NCBI GenBank assembly: GCA_003009755.1
Contig: PXUB01000022.1
Location: forward strand, 16,963-80,962
Direction: 5' to 3'
DNA length: 64,000 nucleotides
From: Thermoplasmatales archaeon SW_10_69_26
Lineage (GTDB): Archaea; Thermoplasmatota; SW-10-69-26
Shown here: positions 30,666-40,406 of the stretch, one piece after another
How the letters are laid out: each line of letters starts with the position of its first letter
Numbering within the stretch: the stretch's first letter is position 1
Made by a program: the position numbers and the translations under genes
The notes under the pieces: generated by a model
Database searches by the model: none
Seen by the model: only the letters and a program-made list of their open reading frames with translations
Told to the model about the DNA's origin: nothing

Positions 30666-31202
30666 ATGAGCTCGGCCCGCATCGAGCTGCGCTCGGCCCG
30701 CCCCGAGGAGACCGAGGCGATCGCCTCGCTCGTCAACGACGCCTACGGCCGCACGCCGACCGAGAGCGGCTGGACCAGCGAGGACGACATCCTCGAGGGC
30801 CCGCGCGTCCAGGCGGCGGACCTCGAGGCGATGATCGACGAGGACGACGCTCGGCTGCTCGTCGCCGAGAGCGACGACGGCGAGGAGCTCGTCGGCTGCG
30901 TCCACCTGCAGCGGATCGACGGGGGCGCCGTCGAGCTGGGGCTGTTCTGCGTGCGCCCCCACCGCCAGAACGGCGGCCTCGGCCAGCAGATGCTCGCCGC
31001 CGCCGAGGAGGCGGCCATCCGCGAGTTCGGCGCCGAGCGCATCGTGCTGAAGGTCATCACCGAGCGGACCGAGCTGCTCGACTGGTACGACCGCCGCGGC
31101 TACGAGCGCACCGGCGAGACGAAGACGTTCGAGCCCGAGGCGCCCCAGCGGTCGCTGGTCGGCGAGCTGGCGTTCGAGGTGTTGGAGAAGCGCGTGGCCT
31201 GA
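30666..31202 (+). CDS. GNAT N-acetyltransferase
   Basis: 'VRPHRQNGGLG' acetyl-CoA motif; 'WYDRRGY'. Confidence 0.9.
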   Translation: MSSARIELRSARPEETEAIASLVNDAYGRTPTESGWTSEDDILEGPRVQAADLEAMIDEDDARLLVAESDDGEELVGCVHLQRIDGGAVELGLFCVRPHRQNGGLGQQMLAAAEEAAIREFGAERIVLKVITERTELLDWYDRRGYERTGETKTFEPEAPQRSLVGELAFEVLEKRVA

Positions 31203-31396
31203 CGACGGCAGCCGGAACGATCGCAGGGCATCGAAGAGAAGCTGAGGGAGAGCGAGATCCAGAGAGTCCGGCGCCGGGACGCCCGCCCGGGGGATAGAGC
31301 GCGGGCCCCGTGCGCCGTCGCCCCTGGTACGCGGTGGCATGGGTGGGATGGAGGAAAGGGTTGCGTTGTCACGGGCGGGAGAGGCTCGTAGCCCAC

Positions 31397-31747
31397 CTAT
31401 CCGCGGGCCAGGTCCTCCCCGAAATACCGCTCCCAGTGCTCCTCACACCCCTGGTTGAAGCTTTGCCCGCACTCTGGACACGCGTGCTCGCTCCCGACGT
31501 ATTCCTCGATGCTCATCGTCGCATGACACGCGCCGCACAGCACGGCGTGCTCGTCGACCTCGCCTGACCCCCAGGTCTCCGTGGCGTGGTCGGTCGACTC
31601 GTCGTGGCAGGCGCGGCACGGGTACCAGTCGCCGCAGCAGGCGAACTTGAACGCGACGACGTCGCGCTCGCTGGCGTAGTGCTCGCAGCGCGTCTCGTCG
31701 TCGATCGTCGCGCCCTGCACCTCGATGTCGTCGCCGCGTTCGCTCAT
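31397..31747 (-). CDS. CHY zinc-finger protein
   Basis: 'RCEHY', 'FACC...YPC..CH', 'LCGAC', 'CPEC...FN.GC..H'. Confidence 0.9.
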   Translation of the reverse strand: MSERGDDIEVQGATIDDETRCEHYASERDVVAFKFACCGDWYPCRACHDESTDHATETWGSGEVDEHAVLCGACHATMSIEEYVGSEHACPECGQSFNQGCEEHWERYFGEDLARG

Positions 31748-31790
31748 CGTCGCTCCTGCTCGGCGCGTTTGCGGTGCCCGCTTTCCTGCG

Positions 31791-33185
31791 TTAGTCGCTC
31801 GCCGGTCGGATGTTCTGGTTGACCGAGAAGCGGTTGTCGGGGTCCCAGTTGGCCTTGACCTGGCGCAGGCGCTCGTAGGTCTGCTTGCCGTAGGCGGCCT
31901 CGATGCGGTCCTGGTCGTCGCGGGCGAGGTAGTTGACGTAGACGCCCTCGCGCACGTGCTCGGCGACGTCCTCGAACAGCTCGCGCACCCAGGCGATGTT
32001 GGCCTCGTCCTCGGCCGGGTCCTCCCAGCGGCCGTTGATCTTGAAGATGTGCTCGGCCCAGCGGCCGCTGAAGGCGCTGGCGTGCTCGTCGACCTCGGCC
32101 ATGGCTCCGCCGGCGTGCTCGAGCTTGACGTCCATGATCGTCGAGGGCATCTCGTGGACGCGCTCGACCATCGCCTCGAGCACCTCGTCCGGCAGCTCGT
32201 CGAGGTAGCAGGACTTCCAGTAGTCCCGGTAGCCGGCTTGCCAGGCGTCGTCGCTGCTGGACTGCCACTCCGTGAACGGGCGCTCTCGCACGTCCTCGTG
32301 GATCGGGTCGCCGAAGCTGGTGAGCGGCTCCAGCACCTTGCGGCCGCGGTCGGGGTCGCCGGCGTAGCAGGCGGCCAGGGCCACGACCGGCTCGCCGCGG
32401 TGCTCGGCGGGGATCTCGCTCGTTTCGGGCGCGGTCTTGACGATGGCGGCCGTGACGACCTCGGTGGGGGCCCGGGCCGTCCACTCCTCGTAGAAGTCGA
32501 GGACCTCGCCGGCGTCCCGAGCCGGGTGCAGGTTGGCGCCGGCGTAGACGGTGGGCCCGAGCTCGACCGTGTCGTACGTGAACCGGGTCACGATCCCGAA
32601 GTTGCCGCCACCCCCTTGCAGCGCCCAGAACAGGTCCGCGTTCTCGTCCTCGCTGGCGCGCACCAGCTCGCCCTCAGCCGTGACGACGTGGGCCTCGGCG
32701 AGGTGATCGCAGGTGAGCCCGTGCTCGCGCATCAGCCAGCCGACGCCGCCGCCGAGCGTGAGCCCGGCCATGCCGGTCATCGAGACGACGCCGCTGGGGA
32801 CGGCGAGGCTGAAGGCCTGGGTCTCGTGGTCGACGTCGCCCAGCGTGGCGCCGGGCCCGACGTGGACGCGCTCGGTCTCGGGGTCCAGGCGCACCTCGTC
32901 CAGCGCCCCCAGGTCGATCACGATGCCGTCGTCGGTGGTGCCGTCGCCGGCGACGCTGTGCCCGCCGCCGCGCACGGCGACCGGTCGTTGGTGCTCGCGG
33001 GCGAACTCGACCGCCGCGATCACGTCGGCGGTGCCGGTGGCCTCGACCACGAGGTCGGGGCGTTGGTCGATCATGCCGTTCCAGACGCTGCGCGCCTGGT
33101 CGTAGTCGGGGTCCGTCGGTCGGACCAGGCGGCCGCGCAGATCGTCGGCGAGCTCGTCCACGGCGGGGGCTGGGGGGTCGGCCAT
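31791..33185 (-). CDS. FAD-binding oxidoreductase (BBE family)
   Basis: 'RGGGHS', 'LTLGGG', 'GGGGNFGIV', C-terminal 'YVNY...WDPDNRF'. Confidence 0.92.
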   Translation of the reverse strand: MADPPAPAVDELADDLRGRLVRPTDPDYDQARSVWNGMIDQRPDLVVEATGTADVIAAVEFAREHQRPVAVRGGGHSVAGDGTTDDGIVIDLGALDEVRLDPETERVHVGPGATLGDVDHETQAFSLAVPSGVVSMTGMAGLTLGGGVGWLMREHGLTCDHLAEAHVVTAEGELVRASEDENADLFWALQGGGGNFGIVTRFTYDTVELGPTVYAGANLHPARDAGEVLDFYEEWTARAPTEVVTAAIVKTAPETSEIPAEHRGEPVVALAACYAGDPDRGRKVLEPLTSFGDPIHEDVRERPFTEWQSSSDDAWQAGYRDYWKSCYLDELPDEVLEAMVERVHEMPSTIMDVKLEHAGGAMAEVDEHASAFSGRWAEHIFKINGRWEDPAEDEANIAWVRELFEDVAEHVREGVYVNYLARDDQDRIEAAYGKQTYERLRQVKANWDPDNRFSVNQNIRPASD

Positions 33186-33234
33186 CAGCCGAGCCAAGCG
33201 GGATGGGGTCCTTGGCGTTAGGGTTCAACGGATG

Positions 33235-33370
33235 GAAAGCGACCGCGGGCCGGGGGAGCTACCCCCGGCCGCGGGCTTGCCTCCCCGCAGGGCACCGCGG
33301 TGGACGCGATCTCGCGCCCGACGGCACCTGCGAGCGTCAACAGCGTCCCATAGCGACCTTGTCAGGCCGC
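33235..33370 (-). ncRNA. Candidate ncRNA copy A
   Basis: TATA (TTTTTAAG, 33393-33400); 5' hairpin GCGGCCU-GACA-AGGUCGC; terminal GC hairpin plus pyrimidine run. Confidence 0.55.
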
Positions 33371-33730
33371 ATCCCCACCGTCCGCGAGTGTCCTTAAAAA
33401 CCTCATCGTGAGGGTGGCTTCGCGACCTGTGTCACGCGTGGGTGGTGAAGGCCGCTCTCGCTCGGCGTGACGGCCAAGCGAGCGCTTGCAACGCCTCCGC
33501 GTCCGGTGGACGAGGGTGGGGCGATCGAGGGTGTCGGACGGGAGAAGATGAAGGGCCACCGGCCGGGGCCTCGAGCCCGGCCGGCGGCGCGTGCCTTGCC
33601 TCCTCGCCGTCAGCCGCGATGGACACCCGATGGCGTCCGACGGCACCGGCGAGACGAACAGCGTCCCATAGCGACCTTCTCAGGCCGCATCCCCACCGTC
33701 CGCGAGTGTCCTTAAAAATCTCATCGTGAG
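33339..33730. repeat. 74-bp near-identical direct repeat (33339-33412 and 33657-33730)
   Basis: Two mismatches, 318-bp period; looser similarity extends on both sides. Confidence 0.92.
33550..33688 (-). ncRNA. Candidate ncRNA copy B (paralog of A)
   Basis: TATA 33711-33718; 5' hairpin GCGGCCU-GAGA-AGGUCGC; same architecture as copy A. Confidence 0.55.
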
Positions 33731-34277
33731 AGCGGCTTCACGTCGCTGTCACGGGGCGTCGTGACACGGCGCCGGGGAATCGCTCGCACCTCCACGCTGC
33801 GGGGCGAGGCCCTAACCGGCAGAGACCGCCTTAAGCGGTTCCCCTGCCGCGTTGGGGTCCGAGAGGTCGTCGGAGTGCCAGCATGTGCAGGACCTCTCCC
33901 CTCCCCGGTACGCGCTCGTCGCCGTTCCACTGTTCTCAACCCGAGGCAGCGCTCGGACTGGCACTCCGGCGGCGGCCGAGCGTTTACCCCTCCCGCGGAC
34001 GCGGATCCTGGCCGGGCCCTGGAAAGGCTCTTGGATGGGATGCCTCCGCGGGAGGATCCCCTTCACTCGATCCAGATCCCCACATCGAAAAGCAGCCCAC
34101 CGTGCCGGCGAGCCCCTGCGTGGGCGGGGGCGATGACCCGGCCTCATGTTCATCCCCTGCTGCTCCCGCGATCACTCCGCGGGACCTCCATCCATCTCCG
34201 CCCGCCGGCTTGCCTCGCAGGTACCCACCTGTCCCTCTTGAGCGAGGGTGCATCCTGCCGGCGGGCGCATCCACTCT

Positions 34278-34460
34278 ATGGGTGTACACACCTTCGTCAT
34301 CGAGACCGATAGCACGATCGCGGACACCGACGCCCTCGAAGACCTCGTCAAGCTCCTCGAGGACCACGACGACGTCGGCGCGATCAAGGACGCCGGCGAC
34401 TTCCACGACACCGTCGCCGGTCACCTGCTCGGACGCGACGGACCGCCCGAGCTCTCCTGA
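34278..34460 (+). CDS. Small acidic hypothetical protein
   Basis: Halophile-like codon usage; followed by a GC hairpin. Confidence 0.55.
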   Translation: MGVHTFVIETDSTIADTDALEDLVKLLEDHDDVGAIKDAGDFHDTVAGHLLGRDGPPELS

Positions 34461-34790
34461 CGGTCCCGGTCCTAGCCCCGGCCCGACCGGGCCGGGAGCC
34501 TTCCCCTCCTGCTCACACAAGCGGGATCGCGTAGCCGTGCCCGCGGATTGGACGCCGCGGCAGGCCACGCGCAACCGGTCCCGCATCGGCCGCTTCCACC
34601 CTCGATCGTCTTACTCAGTCTACGGGAACCTCGACGGTGGTCTCTCTCAGATCGCAATCCACGGGAGCGGCCCCTCCCCCCTCTCACACGTCACGACCCG
34701 GGTGCCCCCTGACCTTCTCCAACAGCCTCCCAAGCCTCCACACTCAGGGGCGCCCGGGTCCGACCCTCACCCCTCAGAGGGAGGCTCGCC

Positions 34791-35195
34791 ATGACGAAAC
34801 CCGGCCCCGACCCCGGGCACGGCGGACGCCCACGCCTACCCTGCGAGATTTGCCACCGCCCGAGAGACAGCGACCGCCCGGCGCGAGCCCTCCGGATGAA
34901 CCGTCACGGTCACGAGATCCGCGCCTGCGAGCGCTGCCTCGAGGCCGCTGAGACCACGCGAGACCGCCGCCGGGCCGACCCCAGCGGTCTCGGCCCTGAC
35001 TCCTCACGAGAGGAGATCATCGCCGACCTGCGAGCCAGAACCCCCATCACGATCGCCAGCGGCGACGCCGAGACGATTACCGTTCACGAGGCCGATCACG
35101 ACGCCGTCACCGAGACCGACGACGGCGTCCTCGTCGATCCCAGTCCTTCCCATCACGACAGGAACGGACAGGAGGTGAACGGCGGAGCGCCGTAA
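34791..35195 (+). CDS. Viral hypothetical protein with CxxC pair
   Basis: GGAGG RBS; 'CEIC' and 'CERC'. Confidence 0.6.
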   Translation: MTKPGPDPGHGGRPRLPCEICHRPRDSDRPARALRMNRHGHEIRACERCLEAAETTRDRRRADPSGLGPDSSREEIIADLRARTPITIASGDAETITVHEADHDAVTETDDGVLVDPSPSHHDRNGQEVNGGAP

Positions 35196-35438
35196 CGCCC
35201 AACGAACGCGTCACACCCATCCGTAGGGTGTGAAGAAGAACGAGGGAGGGAGCGGGCACCGGTCCCCTACCCGGGACCGGAGCAGAGAAGGCCCGCCCCA
35301 TGCCCCCTGCCATCCGGGGCGTAGATGAGCGTATGCAGCCCGAAGGTAAAGAAGTTGCGATGCGCGCGCACGCGCGCAGAAAGCGCTCGGCCCTCGTTAC
35401 GCGTTCGTTACGCGTAACGTGCCACAACGCCGCATACG

Positions 35439-35861
35439 ATGTTCGTCGACGATCGAGACAACACACCGAACCAGGAGACGAAAGCCGCGCGCGCCTACGA
35501 GACCGACCTCGAGAACATGGCGGAGGAGATGCCGAACATGACGACCTCTGACCGGATCCGCGCCGCCTGGCGAGCCTACCAGAAGCAGGAGGCCGACCAC
35601 CCGTACGCGGGCGCGGTGAAGAACCTCGAGGACCGGATGCGCCAGCAGGGCTACACCGAGGAGGCCGACGTGTTCGACCTCCTGTTCGCTCTCTTCCAGC
35701 AATGGGCGCGGAACCCGGGGCGGCGCGAGCACGCGGTCGGCATCGTGACGGAGGCCATCATCGACGCGATCGAGCACGAGAGCGAGACCAGCTGCGACGA
35801 CGCTGGGGAGGGTTCGTCCCTCAGCATCCGGCCGAACCCTGCGGCGGAGGTGGACTCGTGA
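35439..35861 (+). CDS. Viral hypothetical protein
   Basis: Acidic ORF, first of the coupled early cluster. Confidence 0.65.
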   Translation: MFVDDRDNTPNQETKAARAYETDLENMAEEMPNMTTSDRIRAAWRAYQKQEADHPYAGAVKNLEDRMRQQGYTEEADVFDLLFALFQQWARNPGRREHAVGIVTEAIIDAIEHESETSCDDAGEGSSLSIRPNPAAEVDS

Positions 35862-36082
35862 CCTCGTGCGTCGCGTGCGAGGACGGCGACGGGACCGAGG
35901 TCCCGGCCGAGCTCGGGTTCCTCGAGGTCCCGTTCCTGTGCGCGGACTGCCGGCAGGCAGCCCAAACGCCACCCATGGATGGGTCCACGTTCACGCTTCC
36001 TCGGGAACGCGAGGCGTTCCTCGAGCATCGCGAGAACGTTCTGGGCGTCCAAGACGAGACGGACGCGGAGGTGGCCGCCTGA
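35858..36082 (+). CDS. Small Zn-ribbon protein
   Basis: GTGA overlap, RBS, 'CVAC'/'CADC'. Confidence 0.6.
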   Translation: MTSCVACEDGDGTEVPAELGFLEVPFLCADCRQAAQTPPMDGSTFTLPREREAFLEHRENVLGVQDETDAEVAA

Positions 36083-36360
36083 TGCCCGTCTGGCGGCGCC
36101 GCATCAGTCCCGGTGAAAGCCCAAGCCGCAAGCTGCCCGGTCCCGAGGAGAGCCTCGAGAATCAGGACATCCCGCGGCACCGGACGTGCAGCACGACCGA
36201 CTGCTACGAGATCCCCGTCATCCCGACGGAGGACGGCTACCGATACAAGCGCGAGGGCGAGACCCGGTACTGCGAGGGTTGCGAGACGGCAGCCGACCAG
36301 GCCGAACGCGACCACGATCGCGCCCAGCACCTCGAGATGACGCAGGGGGACTCATTGTGA
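36082..36360 (+). CDS. Small Cys-containing viral protein
   Basis: TGATG coupling; 'CSTTDC'/'CEGC'. Confidence 0.55.
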   Translation: MPVWRRRISPGESPSRKLPGPEESLENQDIPRHRTCSTTDCYEIPVIPTEDGYRYKREGETRYCEGCETAADQAERDHDRAQHLEMTQGDSL

Positions 36361-36629
36361 GCCTGGTTCCGCCGCAGGATCAGCGCTCGCTCGCCGAGCT
36401 CCGGGAGACCTGCGGGAATAGGCTGGACAAGCAGAAGATCGCCGTGCTCGTCCTCGACGAGCATGACGATCCCGTGCCGGCCCGCGTCATCGCCGACCAG
36501 GTCCACAGGTACGGTGGCATCAGCTCCTGCGAGGCCGCGACCGCGCTCCGCACGCACCCCAGCGTCGAGCACGAGACCTGCCCAGACCGGGGCGTCCACG
36601 TCTACTGGACCACGGAGGGGGAGACGTGA
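36357..36629 (+). CDS. Viral hypothetical protein (possible wHTH)
   Basis: GTGA coupling on both sides. Confidence 0.55.
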   Translation: MSLVPPQDQRSLAELRETCGNRLDKQKIAVLVLDEHDDPVPARVIADQVHRYGGISSCEAATALRTHPSVEHETCPDRGVHVYWTTEGET

Positions 36630-37198
36630 CTCTCCTCGGCATCGACCCCAGCCTGCGGAACACCGGCGTCGTCAGCCTCGACCCGTCGATGGGCACGATC
36701 ACCCGCGTCGAGGTTATCCGCACAAGCAAGCAGGCCGACCGGAAGAACCTGCGCGTCGGCGAGGACGATCTCCGCCGAGCCCGACGCATCGCTCGCGAGC
36801 TCGAGCAGCTCGTCGACCAGGAGCAGCCCGTCGCCGTGTTCGGCGAGCTTCCCGGCGGCTCCCGATCGAACCGCGCGTCCAAGGGCTTCGGCATCGTGCT
36901 CGGCGCGATCGGCGCCGTCACCGAGCTGCGCGACCTCCCCACCGGATGGGAGACCCAGTTCGCGCTGAAGAAAGCCTGCACCGGCGACGGGCAGGCGACC
37001 AAGACCGCGGTCGCCGACCACGTCCAGGACCACTACGCCTGGGAGGACGAGCTCCCGGACGCGAAGACCCGCCGGCAGCACGTGTTCGACGCGGCCGCGG
37101 CCCTGTACGCGAACCGCGAGTGCGACCTCTACCGCATGGCCGTCCAGCAGTCCACCCCTCACGCTTCAGCCGCTCAGCAGGAAGGTGAACACACGTGA
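36626..37198 (+). CDS. RuvC-like Holliday junction resolvase
   Basis: 'LLGIDPSLRNTG', 'VFGE', 'LKKACTGDGQATK', 'HVFDAAA'. Confidence 0.85.
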   Translation: MTLLGIDPSLRNTGVVSLDPSMGTITRVEVIRTSKQADRKNLRVGEDDLRRARRIARELEQLVDQEQPVAVFGELPGGSRSNRASKGFGIVLGAIGAVTELRDLPTGWETQFALKKACTGDGQATKTAVADHVQDHYAWEDELPDAKTRRQHVFDAAAALYANRECDLYRMAVQQSTPHASAAQQEGEHT

Positions 37199-39105
37199 CC
37201 GAACAGACCGACCAGCGCGGCCTCGGCGCCTACGCGCCCGAGCTCGCGCCCGACCTACCCGACGCGACCACCGTCCGGATCAGCCTCAACGAGCTGCATC
37301 CGGGCGACGAGAACCCGAGAGAACAACTCGACGACATCGAACCCCTCGCCCAAAGCATCGCGAGCGAGGGCCTCCAGAACCCCATCGCCGTCCGCCCGAA
37401 CGGCGACGGGTTCGAGATCGTTCACGGCCACCGCCGCTACGCTGCCCTCGACCAGTTAGGCGTTGAGGACGCGCCTTGTCTCGTGCGCGAGGACCTGGAC
37501 GATGAGGGCACCGCGCTGGCGCGCACGATCGAGAACCACCAGCGCGCCGACCTCACCCCCTACGAGGAAGCCCACAGCTTCCAGGTCGCGCTCGACACCG
37601 GCCTCACCCAGGCCGAGCTCGCCGAGCGCGCCGGCGTCAGCCCGGACACGATCCGCCGACGCCTCAAGCTGCTCGACGTCCCCGAGGACGTCGCCGAGAA
37701 GGTCGGCACAACGACCGGGTACTCGATGGAAATCGCCGACCTCGTCCGCGACCTGATCCTGGCGAAGGACGACGTCGACGACGGGTTCCAGGACCACGTC
37801 GACACGATGATCGAGCACACGATCGAGAAACTGCCCGCCGTCAACCACAACGGCCACACCCAACGCGTCGACAGCTGGGCGCGCAACGTCTCCCACAAAT
37901 GGGCCCAAGCCGGCCTGGTGGTCGGTCACTCCTTCAAACGCGACGTCGGGCTCAGCCACCAAGAGAAAGCGTGGTTCAACGAGACCGACCACCCGCGTGT
38001 CCAGGAGCTCCACGAGGAGCTCGACGAGCTCGAGTCCATCTCTTGGATGGACCACCAGGGCGAGGAGTACCAGGAGGTCATCGACCTCGACGGTTACGCC
38101 CGCATCATGGGGGAGGCCGCTGGCCTCTACGAGGACGCCCACGAGGACGATGACGACGACGGGAAGACTCTAAGACAGCGCCGCAACCGACTGAAGCGAA
38201 AGCAGCGAAGCGCCGTCAAGAGCGCCACGAAGCAACGCGTCCGCGACACCGTGAGCGAGAAACTCGCCGGGCGTGTAACCACGTTCGACCAAGCCCGAGA
38301 CAGCCTCGCCCGCATCCGCCTTCGCTCCGCGTCCTGGTGGAACCCGGACAAGCGCGACATCGCCACGATCGCCGAGACCGTCGACGTCGATGTCGCCCGC
38401 CTCGAAGACGTGTTCGGGGGTCGAGCTGGGAACGAGGAGGCGATGGACGAGCTCGTCGACGGCCTGCTCGAGAGCGATGATACGGGCGCCGCCTTGGCCC
38501 GGTTCTGGCTGAGCGTCGAGATTCTCCGCCAGGAGCCCGCGGACCCGACTACGCCCGAGGTCAACACCTGGTCCGAGATCGCGAAGGAGTGGCTCGGTGG
38601 AACGCCTGCCCAGCTGGCACAGTGGAGCCGTCAAAGCCTCGAGGCCAACGGCGAGCTACCGCCGTCGTCGCCGACGGTCCGCCTCGCCCGCGAGTCCACG
38701 CCGAACGAGGACGGCGAGATGGAGCACCTCGCGCAAGCCGTCTCGAAGGGGTCCCGTGCCTTGTGCGGGCACCGGTTCGAGGACGTCGAGACGGCGGACG
38801 AGACCCAGGCCGGCCAGTGCGAGGCGTGCTGGGACATGGCCGACGAGTACGACCTGACCATCCTCACCGGCGAACGCGCCACCAAGGAAGACCTCGAGGC
38901 TGTGCTCGACACGCTCGGGGAGTACGTGGACCCGGGCATCCCTCTCGATCGGACCCTGCCCGACCTCGCGCCGAGCGATCTGCGGGACCTGGCCGACGAC
39001 CTGGGCGTCCCCGACGACGTCGACGACGAGGACATCATCGTCGCCGTGAAGGAACAAATCCCCGCGGAGGCCGACATCGGGGAGGAAGGTGGCGACGATG
39101 GCTGA
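37195..39105 (+). CDS. ParB/Spo0J-family protein with long C-terminal extension
   Basis: 'GLQNPIAVR', 'IVHGHRRYAA', 'IENHQRADL', HTH 'TQAELAERAGVS'. Confidence 0.88.
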   Translation: MTEQTDQRGLGAYAPELAPDLPDATTVRISLNELHPGDENPREQLDDIEPLAQSIASEGLQNPIAVRPNGDGFEIVHGHRRYAALDQLGVEDAPCLVREDLDDEGTALARTIENHQRADLTPYEEAHSFQVALDTGLTQAELAERAGVSPDTIRRRLKLLDVPEDVAEKVGTTTGYSMEIADLVRDLILAKDDVDDGFQDHVDTMIEHTIEKLPAVNHNGHTQRVDSWARNVSHKWAQAGLVVGHSFKRDVGLSHQEKAWFNETDHPRVQELHEELDELESISWMDHQGEEYQEVIDLDGYARIMGEAAGLYEDAHEDDDDDGKTLRQRRNRLKRKQRSAVKSATKQRVRDTVSEKLAGRVTTFDQARDSLARIRLRSASWWNPDKRDIATIAETVDVDVARLEDVFGGRAGNEEAMDELVDGLLESDDTGAALARFWLSVEILRQEPADPTTPEVNTWSEIAKEWLGGTPAQLAQWSRQSLEANGELPPSSPTVRLARESTPNEDGEMEHLAQAVSKGSRALCGHRFEDVETADETQAGQCEACWDMADEYDLTILTGERATKEDLEAVLDTLGEYVDPGIPLDRTLPDLAPSDLRDLADDLGVPDDVDDEDIIVAVKEQIPAEADIGEEGGDDG

Positions 39106-39871
39106 GACGGTCAAAACGGTCAAGACGGTGCACTCTGAGCGCGAGCCGGTGGCCTCGTGCAAGATTTCGAGCGCGAACCTCCAGTACCTCCTCGACTGGG
39201 TGTCAACCATCAACGGGGAGGTGAAGCTTGAGCTCGACGGTGGCACGCTGTCGTATCGGGAGATCGGCGCGGCGCACGTCTGCATGGTCACCGGCAGTGC
39301 GCCCGTGCTTGAGCAGGAGGGCGAGGCCGAGATCGGGGTCGACGTCGACCTCGTCACGGACCTGCTCAAGCCGGTGCCGATCGCGGCGCCCGACCCGTTC
39401 CGGCTCGAGGTGTACGAGGCGGGCCCGCTCGTTCTCGAACACGCTCGCTATGAGTACGAGCTCCAGGTCCTCGACACGAGCGGCATGACGGATCCGAAGG
39501 ACCCGGACCTCGAGCTCCCCTGCCGGTTCACGATCACGGCGCGGGACTGGAGCAACTTCCTCCGCCGCGCGGACAAGGCCAGCTCCTACATCAAGCTCGC
39601 CGGGCACCCGGACGGCGTCACAGGGACTGCCGAGGGCGACCAGGTGTCCCTCACGCACAAGCTCGACTGTGACGAGCACGAGTTCGACAGCGGGCACGAG
39701 GACCAGGTCGCCAGCCTGTTCAGCCTGGACTACCTGGACAGTTTCCGAAAGGCGCAAAGCTTCCAGGGAGACGTCCGCTTCCGGCTGGGGAACGACTACC
39801 CGATCGACTGGGAAGCTCGCCCCGGCGAGTGCGTGCTGACGGGTCAACTGGCGCCGCGCATCGAGGACTAA
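39098..39871 (+). CDS. Viral PCNA sliding clamp (divergent)
   Basis: 'AHVCMV', 'SLFSLDYL', 'LGNDYPI', C-terminal 'LAPRIE'. Confidence 0.85.
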   Translation: MAETVKTVKTVHSEREPVASCKISSANLQYLLDWVSTINGEVKLELDGGTLSYREIGAAHVCMVTGSAPVLEQEGEAEIGVDVDLVTDLLKPVPIAAPDPFRLEVYEAGPLVLEHARYEYELQVLDTSGMTDPKDPDLELPCRFTITARDWSNFLRRADKASSYIKLAGHPDGVTGTAEGDQVSLTHKLDCDEHEFDSGHEDQVASLFSLDYLDSFRKAQSFQGDVRFRLGNDYPIDWEARPGECVLTGQLAPRIED

Positions 39872-39917
39872 CCATGTCGGACGTCACCGACGAGGACGAG
39901 GACGGGGGTGAGGCGTG

Positions 39918-40406
39918 ATGGTGGGTGGCCTGTCGAATAGCTTCCAGGAGCACGTCAGCGTCGGCGAGGCCGCGTTCGGGCTATTCCAAGAGCACCTGCC
40001 CGTCGACGAGTGGGCCAAGGAGGCCGCCGACCGCCCCGCCAAGCGCGAAGCCGAGGGCGAGGACCACGAGCCGGACGAGCTGTACGAGGTCGCAGAAGAC
40101 CATCGGCACGTGTTCATCGAGGCGTGGAGCGAGGTCCGCGCACTCCTCGAGGAGGAGGGCTACGAGACGAAGGAGTTCCACGAGCAGGTGATGGGCCACT
40201 CGTCAGGTGCGACGTGCGCGTGGTGCCACCCCGACCTCGACGGCACCTGGCAGATCGTCGGCCCCGACGGCGACCCCTGGTTCGGCGAAGGCAGCCCGAA
40301 CCCGGTGTTCCAGGCGTTCTTCGACCAGGCGCGCGAGCAGCTGCCGCAGCCGGTGTTCGAGGCCGCGTTCCCGATGAGCGACTACGAGACGGACGGTGAG
40401 GCGTGA
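39918..40406 (+). CDS. Viral hypothetical protein
   Basis: Coupled acidic ORF with an 'H...CAWC' motif. Confidence 0.6.
   Translation: MVGGLSNSFQEHVSVGEAAFGLFQEHLPVDEWAKEAADRPAKREAEGEDHEPDELYEVAEDHRHVFIEAWSEVRALLEEEGYETKEFHEQVMGHSSGATCAWCHPDLDGTWQIVGPDGDPWFGEGSPNPVFQAFFDQAREQLPQPVFEAAFPMSDYETDGEA

Noticed and set aside
30336-31202. Thiolase-GNAT fusion protein
   Set aside because: Accidental in-frame join of a pseudogene fragment; GNAT has its own ATG at 30666.
33339-33730. CRISPR array
   Set aside because: Only two units, 74-bp repeat and 318-bp period; no cas genes in the window.
36626-37198. TnpB/Cas12-like RNA-guided nuclease
   Set aside because: Only 190 aa, a standalone RuvC fold with no Zn-ribbon or REC/WED region; fits a viral resolvase.
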